IMG/VR virus record: IMGVR_UViG_3300012347_000088
Coordinates: 1-40,583 of that record
From: a virus
Taxonomy: Duplodnaviria > Caudoviricetes
Direction: 5' to 3' (one strand)
DNA length: 40,583 nucleotides
The stretch's first letter is position 1; each line of letters starts with the position of its first letter. Below, one piece after another: positions 9,435-17,351 of this stretch. Position numbers and translations under genes: made by a program. The notes under the pieces are model-generated. The model did not search any database. It had not been told where the DNA came from and was given only the letters and a program-made list of their open reading frames with translations.

Positions 9435-9644
9435 TTAAATTGTTTCTAATCTTTCAGCTCCTTCTTGGTACATTGGGGATGATAATATTACGTGTATTTG
9501 TTCTTTTCCTAAATCACCATTGCAATGCGGGCAACATTTGTTTTCTAACATCTCAATAATAACTTGATGCCCATTTGATTCTCCAATAATTTTTGCAGGT
9601 TTTTTTCTCCATAATAAAAATTGACCTAATTTACCAGTTTTCAT
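9435..9644 (-). CDS. Hypothetical protein with CPHC motif
   Basis: 69 aa. Confidence 0.6.
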   Translation of the reverse strand: MKTGKLGQFLLWRKKPAKIIGESNGHQVIIEMLENKCCPHCNGDLGKEQIHVILSSPMYQEGAERLETI

Positions 9645-9651
9645 ATTTTAT

Positions 9652-9819
9652 TTACTTTAAAATATTATTGATTAGTACATACCCAGCTTCATTTTCAAAA
9701 TCTATATTAAAAATAATACTTTGGTCTTCTAACACAATAACATCTGTTTTATTTATTGCCATCACTCTTTTTCTCGGTTGACCATCTTGGTACAAGTCGA
9801 AAATCATTCCTTTTTCCAT
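9652..9819 (-). CDS. Hypothetical protein (55 aa, MEKGMIFDLY...)
   Basis: Translated by hand; fills the gap in the operon. Confidence 0.55.
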   Translation of the reverse strand: MEKGMIFDLYQDGQPRKRVMAINKTDVIVLEDQSIIFNIDFENEAGYVLINNILK

Positions 9820-9822
9820 ATC

Positions 9823-10044
9823 TTATTTGTTTTTAAATGTAATTTTATCGCACAAGTTCTGTCTGGTTTTTAACCATAATCTTATATTTTTTATTGTATC
9901 TAAATCATCTTCTTCACTCCACTTAAATCTAATCCACCATAAATCACCCCATAAATCAGTATGTTTATACCAATTTATTTTATACAATTGCCACCAATAT
10001 CTTTTGGTTATTTGTATTTCTCCATCCATTTGAATTATTTCCAT
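9823..10044 (-). CDS. Trp-rich hypothetical protein
   Basis: 73 aa ending TFKNK. Confidence 0.6.
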   Translation of the reverse strand: MEIIQMDGEIQITKRYWWQLYKINWYKHTDLWGDLWWIRFKWSEEDDLDTIKNIRLWLKTRQNLCDKITFKNK

Positions 10045-10057
10045 ATATTATTTCCTT

Positions 10058-10876
10058 TTAAATTGGTTGAGTATCGTTACATTTACTACATTTTATAACC
10101 CTATGACCTTGTTCAGCCGTTAGGATGTAGCTATGATTACAAGTTTTTTCTTGTTGCCAAAAACCTCCTCTTAAAAAAGCTCTTTCTGTATCTGCTGCTT
10201 TTTCAAAACCTAATTGACCTCTTTTATAATATTCTCTTGCAGCTTCCTCAAGCGTTTCTTGTTCGCATAACTCTTTAGCTTCTTGCTCGACTTGTTTATC
10301 TATTTCTGGGTCGCCATTTTTTTCAAGCCAGTTATCAATAATGTTTTGTTTAGGAAATTCTTGTTTAGGTTCTTCTTTTGGAATGATGATTTTATAATCT
10401 CTTAAATCACTTTTGCCTTGCCAATTTAAAGAACCATCTCCACTAATAGCATTTACTTCGGCAATAGAAGTGTTTATTCCGTGAAATCTCCAAAGCATAA
10501 CCTCCTCACAACTCGGATTCTTCACAAACCATTCAAGGAACTCATCATCAATAGCTTGCGCACCATCTTTGATTAAGTCTTGGTCTGTTGTTAGTATGAT
10601 TTTTTTAGCCTCTAATCCTGTATCAAAAAAGAATGAATCAGCTTTGAATATAAGATGTTTGTCAAAATCTCCTTCATTTAAACACCAATTCCCCTCTTTA
10701 ATTTCTTCATCAGAAGTGATGTAGATGTGTTTTGCTCTCCATTTATGTAGTTTTTTATATTCATCAGAATATTTATTTTGGCTATCAAATATATAATTGA
10801 AATTAAGTATTTCAAATAACCTACTTGGTTTCTCTGTTGGTAGTACGTGTATGTTCTTACTTTTCACTCTCATCAT
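10058..10876 (-). CDS. Mosaic hypothetical phage protein
   Basis: 272 aa with EEPKQE and QETLEEAA motifs and a C-terminal Cys cluster. Confidence 0.75.
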   Translation of the reverse strand: MMRVKSKNIHVLPTEKPSRLFEILNFNYIFDSQNKYSDEYKKLHKWRAKHIYITSDEEIKEGNWCLNEGDFDKHLIFKADSFFFDTGLEAKKIILTTDQDLIKDGAQAIDDEFLEWFVKNPSCEEVMLWRFHGINTSIAEVNAISGDGSLNWQGKSDLRDYKIIIPKEEPKQEFPKQNIIDNWLEKNGDPEIDKQVEQEAKELCEQETLEEAAREYYKRGQLGFEKAADTERAFLRGGFWQQEKTCNHSYILTAEQGHRVIKCSKCNDTQPI

Positions 10877-11019
10877 AAATGTTTAGTTTATCGTCGATCG
10901 ACATGTTATACCATAGGTTTATTGTGTCAGCGTCTGGATCGTCCATCCCATAAATAAGTGATAGTTCCTTTCGACCTAGTGTTCTGTACCACGTGTTTAA
11001 TTTATTCTCGATTGCTTCT

Positions 11020-11205
11020 TTATATGTTGCCATTCTGTATCTCGTATTTGATTAATGCAAAAATTATGTTCTGTCTCGTTAGTCTCTTAGCGTCTTCCCA
11101 GTTGAGGTTGTTGTCTCTCATCTCGTACTTTGCTAGTTGACCAAATTTTTTATTGTACTCGCGCTCTCTGTCAAGATGCCTCTGTATGTTTACTTTTCTT
11201 CTCAT
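11020..11205 (-). CDS. Hypothetical protein
   Basis: 61 aa in operon. Confidence 0.55.
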   Translation of the reverse strand: MRRKVNIQRHLDREREYNKKFGQLAKYEMRDNNLNWEDAKRLTRQNIIFALIKYEIQNGNI

Positions 11206-11386
11206 CTATTAAATAATTAATGTAGTTATAAATTTCTATTTCACGTTCTGTGCTGACTATCATTGTCGCTACCGTATCGGAATCTATTATGCCGTTGTCG
11301 TTAAAGAAGTCGTGGTATAGTTTCTTTAGGTCTGTGTTAAGTACGTCCAGTTTTGAACGTATCTTTATACTGGCTTCAAGTTGCAT
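11171..11386 (-). CDS. Hypothetical protein
   Basis: 71 aa in operon. Confidence 0.6.
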   Translation of the reverse strand: MQLEASIKIRSKLDVLNTDLKKLYHDFFNDNGIIDSDTVATMIVSTEREIEIYNYINYLIDEKKSKHTEAS

Positions 11387-11550
11387 AGTAGCGATATTAC
11401 TATTACTATTTCTATCATTGAAAATAGCATTATTACTATTTCAATGGGATCATCCTTTGTATTTCTTAAACCCCAGTTGGATAGGTGTGTTATTATAGTA
11501 TGCAGTATTATAACTACTGCTACTGCTAGTGCTAGTGGTATCTGTATCAT
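11365..11550 (-). CDS. Small membrane protein
   Basis: Start moved to MIQIPL after the upstream stop; two hydrophobic helices. Confidence 0.55.
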   Translation of the reverse strand: MIQIPLALAVAVVIILHTIITHLSNWGLRNTKDDPIEIVIMLFSMIEIVIVISLLCNLKPV

Positions 11551-11554
11551 GATT

Positions 11555-11752
11555 TTATTTGTTTTTAAATGTTTCTTTATAATATTGTTCTGCATATTCA
11601 AATGGTGGTATTTGTTGACCATTATTATAAGCATCAATAATCTGTTGCTTTTCCATTTCTTTGGCTTGTTTAAGTATTTCTATTTGATTTAAAGTTGGAT
11701 TTCTTAATTCAAATAATTGACTTTCTAACCATTCTACTGCTGTTTGTTTCAT
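11555..11752 (-). CDS. Hypothetical protein (MKQTAVEWL...AKEMEKQQIIDAY)
   Basis: 65 aa ending TFKNK; ATGA overlap. Confidence 0.7.
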   Translation of the reverse strand: MKQTAVEWLESQLFELRNPTLNQIEILKQAKEMEKQQIIDAYNNGQQIPPFEYAEQYYKETFKNK

Positions 11753-11952
11753 AGCTTTTCAATTTCTCGTTTAACTTCTTGCCAATATATAAATTCTTTA
11801 TTTGGGAATTCAAAATTGTGCCAATCAATAGCGTCTAATATCTCATCAACTGCAATTAATGCACATTGTTTAGCTTGTTCAAATGCTAATGGATTCGGTT
11901 GAAATTGCATCTTAATTACAATCTCTCTGGCTTTTATTTGGTGTTCGTTCAT
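11749..11952 (-). CDS. Hypothetical protein (AKQCALIAVDEI...YWQEVK)
   Basis: 67 aa, ATGA overlaps. Confidence 0.7.
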   Translation of the reverse strand: MNEHQIKAREIVIKMQFQPNPLAFEQAKQCALIAVDEILDAIDWHNFEFPNKEFIYWQEVKREIEKL

Positions 11953-12245
11953 AGGTATAGTATTGCTTGGTCTTCGTTAATATCTTCGTCGCGTATCTCT
12001 AGTCGTCTATTGTCTTGGTCTGGAAGCGTTAGGTAGAATACCCACGACTCTGTTACCTTTCTCGCTCGTGTAGGGAAGTTCTTGTAGTCTAGGGTGGGTC
12101 TTTTAAACACTACCCTATCGTGGTATACCTTGTACACAAACTCCTTACTGAACCAATCGTTACGTATATGAACGTTGAAGTAGTTATACTTCTTGGCGCT
12201 ATTAGGATATAGCCTAACCTCGTTGCTTTGTATTAAATCTCTCAT
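11949..12245 (-). CDS. Hypothetical protein
   Basis: 98 aa. Confidence 0.65.
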   Translation of the reverse strand: MRDLIQSNEVRLYPNSAKKYNYFNVHIRNDWFSKEFVYKVYHDRVVFKRPTLDYKNFPTRARKVTESWVFYLTLPDQDNRRLEIRDEDINEDQAILYL

Positions 12246-12271
12246 ACCTTGCTTGTTTTTATAAATCCAAT

Positions 12272-12454
12272 CTATAGTCCGATCTGAACGTCGTCCCAGT
12301 CCAGCGCGTCCTGTAGTTCTTGTCTTGTTGTTATCTCTGATTCACTCTCATCATTGTACAGCGCAAATAATTTTTCGCCGTCGTGAAATTTCTCTATTGC
12401 TTCGTGATATCCTAGTATCTGCCATGCAAATCCGTCTTGTGTTATTTTTTCCAT
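12272..12454 (-). CDS. Hypothetical protein
   Basis: 60 aa acidic ORF. Confidence 0.6.
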   Translation of the reverse strand: MEKITQDGFAWQILGYHEAIEKFHDGEKLFALYNDESESEITTRQELQDALDWDDVQIGL

Positions 12455-12543
12455 GTCTTTATTATTTGTTTACTACTACTACCATCATGGTAAAGAATAC
12501 TGCCCATAGCAGTATCACGTATGCGATTTGTTTTTTCATTTGT

Positions 12544-12786
12544 TTAGTTATTAGGTACGCAACAATTGGACGGACATACGACGGCGCATTGTGGCGTGTC
12601 GTGGAAGCCTACACACTCGGTGCACTTCTCTGCCACGATGTAGTACACATCGTCAGATAACGGCGCTTGTTTTACGTCGTCGTTTTTGTACGTCCATTGT
12701 GTACTTGGTTCGTATATTGCGTTGTTGGGACACTCCCACTCGCATAGTCCACAATTGATGCAGCTATCTGTTATTTTGAGACTCAT
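12544..12786 (-). CDS. yfhL: YfhL-type 2[4Fe-4S] ferredoxin
   Basis: CINCGLCEWECP and CTECVGFHDTPQCAVVCP cluster motifs. Confidence 0.88.
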   Translation of the reverse strand: MSLKITDSCINCGLCEWECPNNAIYEPSTQWTYKNDDVKQAPLSDDVYYIVAEKCTECVGFHDTPQCAVVCPSNCCVPNN

Positions 12787-12994
12787 ATTTTTGTCGTTCT
12801 ATTAGTAGCGCGTCGGCTAATTCGTAGGCGAAATCTGCTGATTGTTGTAACGTTGTAATGTCGTTCCATAATGGAGTGTTGCTTAATACCCCATTGATTA
12901 CCTGACCCGCGAAGTAGTCGCGTAGTGTCATGCCTGGATTAAACTTGTCGTCTGAATGCTTTAATGGAAAAGCGGCTATGTTTTTAGTTTTCAT
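12764..12994 (-). CDS. Conserved phage protein (GMTLRDYFA family)
   Basis: AFP...GMTLRDYFAG...AYELADALL signature. Confidence 0.75.
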   Translation of the reverse strand: MKTKNIAAFPLKHSDDKFNPGMTLRDYFAGQVINGVLSNTPLWNDITTLQQSADFAYELADALLIERQKYESQNNR

Positions 12995-13367
12995 TGTTAT
13001 AATATTTTATGAATTCGATTACTGCTTTGTATGTTGCTTGTGTTTTTGTATCTGCGTCGGTCTCAACAATTGTGTCGTCTGTATTTTTATCTATAATCTC
13101 TACAAAAGATTGTTCTATATTGATGTTGTACTTTGCACATCTATTGTTGTCTTCAAAACTCTCGATCTTATCAACTACTTTCATCAGCCAATTCCAATCT
13201 AAGTGGAATAGTAGGTAGTCTTCTGCGTGCCAGTCTCCGTTTATGTAATAGTATGTCTGTCCCCATACGTATTTGTTTTCTTCTAGTCTAGCTATTCCTT
13301 TGTTGATTTGTTTTTTAGGATATCTCATAAACTCAGCGATTAGCTTGTTGTCTGTTATTGTGCGCAT
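12984..13367 (-). CDS. Hypothetical protein (NKLIAEFM...DWNWLMKVVDKIE)
   Basis: Operon packing; start uncertain (13367 or 13376). Confidence 0.7.
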   Translation of the reverse strand: MRTITDNKLIAEFMRYPKKQINKGIARLEENKYVWGQTYYYINGDWHAEDYLLFHLDWNWLMKVVDKIESFEDNNRCAKYNINIEQSFVEIIDKNTDDTIVETDADTKTQATYKAVIEFIKYYNNEN

Positions 13368-13627
13368 AGCTCCCAAGTGTTAAGTTGTTTTACATTTTTT
13401 TTCGTCAACCCTAGTTGGCTTACAATAAACTTGGCTAGTTTCTTGTTGCCTATTGTGTTGTTGTCAATCTCTGCCGTTCCAATTGCATCGATGATTACTC
13501 TAGGCCCTATACCTAAAACCCTTTGACAAAACTTTACGTCTTGTCCTAGAAAGAATTGTTTTCTGTTGTACTCTAGTGTCCAGTTGCGACCAAATCCGTA
13601 GTCGCCTTGTGTGATAATTACTCTCAT
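13355..13627 (-). CDS. Hypothetical protein
   Basis: 90 aa after the tRNA-like element. Confidence 0.7.
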   Translation of the reverse strand: MRVIITQGDYGFGRNWTLEYNRKQFFLGQDVKFCQRVLGIGPRVIIDAIGTAEIDNNTIGNKKLAKFIVSQLGLTKKNVKQLNTWELCAQ

Positions 13628-13650
13628 TGTATTAATTAATTTAAAGTTAG

Positions 13651-13742
13651 TGAAGAGGACGGGACTCGAACCCGTATAGTGGAAGAATTACAGAATCATT
13701 ATCTGTGTCATCTACTTGCTCTACCAATTGCGCCACCTCTTC
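13651..13742 (-). tRNA. tRNA-like RNA with elongated non-canonical anticodon arm; no isotype assigned
   Basis: Acceptor GAAGAGG/CCTCTTC, D arm GCGC-AATTGGTA-GAGC, T arm ACGGG-TTCGAGT-CCCGT; about 40-nt central region. Confidence 0.7.
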
Positions 13743-13983
13743 TTTAGCTACAATATCTCGTAGCTTGTTATTACAAATTCCAATGCTGATTCGCTTGGAT
13801 TCTTTATTGCCTCTTCTATATCTTGTTCGCTTAGTCCGTAGTAGAAAACGTTGTCGTCGTCTTTACATTCGTTTGTAAAACAAAATCTAATCGCGTCGTG
13901 ATTTGTGTTGTCAAATAATTCTGAAACTGAATACAATGCCGTTCCAGTTTTAAATAACTGGTCTATTATTGAGTCGGCTAAAT

Positions 13984-14187
13984 CTATTTTACTTTCTTCG
14001 TTCTCTTGGTCTTGACCGTAATAGAAGTACCATTCTCAATAATTTTTATAAGTTCATCCCAATTTTCTTGTGTTATTTCTTCTATCTGATGATACATAAA
14101 GGCGTACTTTTCGTTACTATAACCAACACGTATATCTTTAAATCCTAGCTTTTCTAGTTGCTCTACTCTCGTATCAAATTTACTCAT
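13984..14187 (-). CDS. Hypothetical protein
   Basis: 67 aa. Confidence 0.6.
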   Translation of the reverse strand: MSKFDTRVEQLEKLGFKDIRVGYSNEKYAFMYHQIEEITQENWDELIKIIENGTSITVKTKRTKKVK

Positions 14188-14401
14188 TGCTTAGTCTTTT
14201 AATTGTTAGGTTAGTGCTTGTTATTATTTTCTTTAACGTGTCCTCGTGCTTGTCCTCGAACCACTTCGGTACGTCTACAATTACAAAGTGCTTGTTAACT
14301 ATCGTGTGCTCGAATGAATTCGGTACGAAGAATGGCTGACCACCGTTATCGATAGTCAGCGCCTTGTTGCTTAGTTGTCTTGTGTATAGTTGTAGTGTCA
14401 T
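14180..14401 (-). CDS. Hypothetical protein
   Basis: 73 aa, ATGA overlap. Confidence 0.6.
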   Translation of the reverse strand: MTLQLYTRQLSNKALTIDNGGQPFFVPNSFEHTIVNKHFVIVDVPKWFEDKHEDTLKKIITSTNLTIKRLSNE

Positions 14402-14613
14402 TGTTTTATTTTTTTATCTATTTTACTCCAGTACTCGTGTCCTTGATTACTTTTACTCCATCTAAACGCACCACCTATCCCTTTTGTAATTGGTTCGGTC
14501 TGTTTGATCCAATGTTTAAATAATGGTATGGCATTTAAGAAATCGCAGTTGTATACAAATCGTTGTTGTACTTTTTTTGTTTGTAAGTCAAACCATTCTT
14601 GTCTTGTCATCAT
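14398..14613 (-). CDS. Hypothetical protein (AFRWS..QGHEYWS motif)
   Basis: 71 aa. Confidence 0.6.
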   Translation of the reverse strand: MMTRQEWFDLQTKKVQQRFVYNCDFLNAIPLFKHWIKQTEPITKGIGGAFRWSKSNQGHEYWSKIDKKIKQ

Positions 14614-14616
14614 AAC

Positions 14617-14940
14617 CTATCGTATAAAGTATTGGTTATCAAACTTGTATCTCTGTCCGTTGTAGTTCTGTGAGTACACTAGTAGGTCGAATTGATCTGT
14701 GCTTACCGCGATGCAGTTCTGTGTTAGTATCGTAGCCAACTCTTCTATCTTCTTGATAAAGTGACTCGTTCTAGCGTAAGGACTTTCGATGTGTACTACT
14801 AGTGTCGGCTCGTGCTCGTCCTCGTATCTGCCAATGGCAAACTTATACGTGTCGACCGCGTAGTCTTCTCTTAAATTGTTGATGATTGCCTCTTGGCTTA
14901 ATGGGTTGTTGTTTAATCCGATGTTTAAAATTGCTTTCAT
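14617..14940 (-). CDS. Hypothetical early protein
   Basis: 107 aa, ATGA overlap. Confidence 0.7.
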   Translation of the reverse strand: MKAILNIGLNNNPLSQEAIINNLREDYAVDTYKFAIGRYEDEHEPTLVVHIESPYARTSHFIKKIEELATILTQNCIAVSTDQFDLLVYSQNYNGQRYKFDNQYFIR

Positions 14941-15215
14941 AGTGTATTAAGTTTATTAATTGCGTCTGTGTAATTGTTAAAGGAAAACTCTTCTCCGTTG
15001 TCAAAGTCAGTAACTAAATATTGTACCGTCTGCCCCAAATAAGAACATATTGTAATATTGTCTTCTAGTGCTATGTAGGTATAGCCTGAATCTTCATTGA
15101 AGCCAATTTCAAAAATATCTGTGCAGTTATTTTCAGCGTAGGCATTTAAACAATTTGCTAGTCCGATAGCTTCTGAATTGCAAATTAATCCGTTTTTAAA
15201 TCCGTGTAATTCCAT
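14937..15215 (-). CDS. Hypothetical early protein
   Basis: 92 aa; starts 25 nt after the predicted cut of hammerhead C. Confidence 0.7.
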   Translation of the reverse strand: MELHGFKNGLICNSEAIGLANCLNAYAENNCTDIFEIGFNEDSGYTYIALEDNITICSYLGQTVQYLVTDFDNGEEFSFNNYTDAINKLNTL

Positions 15216-15234
15216 AATATTAAATAATTAAATT

Positions 15235-15300
15235 GTTAAAGACTTGAGTGAGCTCATAAACTCGCTCAAGTTTCGACCATTTAGGTCTCGTCAGTTTAAC
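15235..15300 (-). ncRNA. Type I hammerhead ribozyme (C)
   Basis: GTTAAA-CTGACGA-GACC(TAAAT)GGTC-GAAA-CTTGAG...CTCAAG-TC-TTTAAC: full core, three stems, GUC cleavage triplet. Confidence 0.93.
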
Positions 15301-15382
15301 TTTTACCAATGCTTATAAGTTACGTTCTTTTCGTTTCCGAATAAGAAGTAGCTTATTTTGTCGTAGATTTTACATATTGTTT

Positions 15383-15529
15383 TCATGATGTTAGTTGTTT
15401 ACCTTTTCTTAAAATATAATTTGCGTCTAGTTTTGTTAGTTTGTGGTGGTCTCGCCAATTGTCTTTGCTTAACCAATTGTTTACGTAGTCTAAATATAGA
15501 CGCTCGATGTCGTTATTAGTTAACTGCAT
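15383..15529 (-). CDS. Small hypothetical protein (48 aa, MQLTNNDIERLYLDYVNNW...)
   Basis: Translated by hand; ATGA-coupled to a 27-aa ORF (15303..15386). Confidence 0.5.
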   Translation of the reverse strand: MQLTNNDIERLYLDYVNNWLSKDNWRDHHKLTKLDANYILRKGKQLTS

Positions 15530-15896
15530 AAGCTAATAAATTAAAGATTACTATTACTAATACGATTGTTACTTGTAGGTATAGTTTACCTTGTTTTTGT
15601 GATTTTGTCATGATGTTATTAATTAAATATTTAGTGTTTATTTTTAAAATTTCTAATTATAGTATCTATTAAGCAAATTATAGTTATTGCTAAAAATAGA
15701 TAACTAAACCCATTTAATATATTGATTAATTCTTTATCTGTCATAATTTTAATTATTAAAATCTGTTACTTCTATTGTGTGTTCATGCTCTGTGTAGTTA
15801 ATAAAATACTCTATATCTTCCTCATTTATAATCTCATCTTTAAATTCCCCAATCAATAGCATTAAATCTTTTAATGATAACTCTACTCTAATAATA

Positions 15897-16145
15897 TTAA
15901 TTTTTAAAATCCTCCCAACTTAAACACATTCTATCTGATAAATGTTTTTCAAATTCTTGTTGTGTTATTAGAGAAGATAAGATTGCTAATTTGTTTTCGT
16001 ACTCCCGATTTTTTTGTTGTAATTTTTCTACCTTATCTTTATTTTTGCTCCAATTATCGCCATAACAAGGTAGTTTATCAATTGCTTTGTAAATCTTACT
16101 TTGAGCATCTAAAATTCTATTGTATTTTCTAGTGGCTGCTTTCAT
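15897..16145 (-). CDS. Hypothetical early protein
   Basis: 82 aa; starts 22 nt after the predicted cut of hammerhead B. Confidence 0.7.
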   Translation of the reverse strand: MKAATRKYNRILDAQSKIYKAIDKLPCYGDNWSKNKDKVEKLQQKNREYENKLAILSSLITQQEFEKHLSDRMCLSWEDFKN

Positions 16146-16161
16146 AATAAGTAATTAAATT

Positions 16162-16212
16162 GGTTAAGACGGGCAGTGCCCGTTTCGATCATTTAGATCT
16201 CATCAGTTAACC
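16162..16212 (-). ncRNA. Type I hammerhead ribozyme (B)
   Basis: GGTTAA-CTGATGA-GATC(TAAAT)GATC-GAAA-CGGGC(ACT)GCCCG-TC-TTAACC. Confidence 0.94.
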
Positions 16213-16393
16213 TGTTGTTTAAAAGCTCTTCGTAATATTCACTAGGACATAGTGAATTTACATAATGAAACATTCCCTCTTCAAAAGCTTTTTCTATTTG
16301 CTCCTTTTGCATTAACTCAGCGATTTTAATTTGAGATTTAGTTATAAATCCCTGCTCTTCTAGTTTTTTAATTAAATAATCTGTTACCATCAT
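16193..16393 (-). CDS. Hypothetical early protein; stop lies inside hammerhead B
   Basis: 66 aa with a MQKEQIEKAF segment resembling 11555..11752. Confidence 0.65.
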   Translation of the reverse strand: MMVTDYLIKKLEEQGFITKSQIKIAELMQKEQIEKAFEEGMFHYVNSLCPSEYYEELLNNRLTDEI

Positions 16394-16581
16394 AATACTT
16401 GTTTTTTTATAATACTAATCTCTAAATCATTTCCGTATGCGTAATCTTCAGAGTCTATTGTTAATTGATTCAATTTTGCTCTGTGTTCTAATTCTAGAAA
16501 CGCATCTGATTTTTTTGCGAATACTAAAATCGCATCATTAAAGTTTTTTCTTGAAACTCTTAATAAATAAATTGCTTTCAT
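16390..16581 (-). CDS. Hypothetical early protein (first ORF of the left arm)
   Basis: 63 aa directly after hammerhead A. Confidence 0.65.
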   Translation of the reverse strand: MKAIYLLRVSRKNFNDAILVFAKKSDAFLELEHRAKLNQLTIDSEDYAYGNDLEISIIKKQVL

Positions 16582-16594
16582 AATAATAAGTAAT

Positions 16595-16649
16595 TAACGT
16601 TTCGCTATTCTGTAGCTCATCAGTATGGATAACACATCCATATACGTTA
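16595..16649 (-). ncRNA. Type III hammerhead ribozyme (A)
   Basis: TAACG-TA-TATGGAT(GTGTT)ATCCATA-CTGATGA-GCTA(CAGAA)TAGC-GAAA-CGTTA; GUA cleavage triplet. Confidence 0.92.
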
Positions 16650-16759
16650 CGCGTCTATCCCTATTTAGGTAGCTCGCGGTCCTCGGTTTCTACGCCAGAG
16701 TGGACTTACCCGCAGTTATAGTCTTGTCGACTTGCATCCTGGTTACCCTTTCAACACCG

Positions 16760-16791
16760 CAAACATATGGCGACAATTTCAATGTACCAAA
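16760..16791 (-). promoter_or_regulatory. Bacteroidota housekeeping-sigma promoter for the early arm
   Basis: TTTG-N20-TATGTTTG matches the -33/-7 consensus. Confidence 0.8.
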
Positions 16792-17089
16792 TAAAAATTA
16801 AAAAAAGTTTTGTTTTTAGTGCATTTTTATCATATTCGCAATGATTTGATATCTTTGATGAGAATAATGCAATGAATTGGACCTGATATTGACAATTATT
16901 CAATGAATCTGAACGAAGTTTGGATATGTTGTTGAAAATCAGTTAGTTACGGATTGTATTTGCTTACTATCGGATTTGTGTGGGATGGGATTGGGCGGTG
17001 GCTATTTCAAGTCTCTATGTATCTGAACGTATAAACCAATTCACGCAATACATGTCCATGACGCGGGAAGTCCCGTAAACACTAGGATT

Positions 17090-17351
17090 ATGTCGAGTTT
17101 TAAAAAAATATGACAACTTTATGTCGACTTTTTTGAGCTAACTTATTGATAATTAACGTTTTATGTCGATATGTCGATTTTTACTTCCCAAAACGAAAAA
17201 AAAAAAAATATAAAATAATAAATTTATATATAGCAGTATATAGGGATAACATTGACATTTCGACATAAATCTTTGTAAAGCCCTGTATTTGCTAAGATGT
17301 TGCCTAAAAAAGTTGTCATAAAATCGACATATTGTCGACATACATCGACAT
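17090..17351. repeat. Inverted iteron-like array around an AT-rich core (candidate origin or packaging region)
   Basis: ATGTCGA at 17090, 17121, 17163, 17171; TCGACAT at 17260, 17324, 17335, 17345; 12-bp inverted pair 17109-17120/17309-17320. Confidence 0.75.

Noticed and set aside
8863-9449. Duplicated plus-strand Ser-rich ORFs (and other plus-strand ORFs in 3-13 kb)
   Set aside because: Antisense shadows of the minus-strand operon
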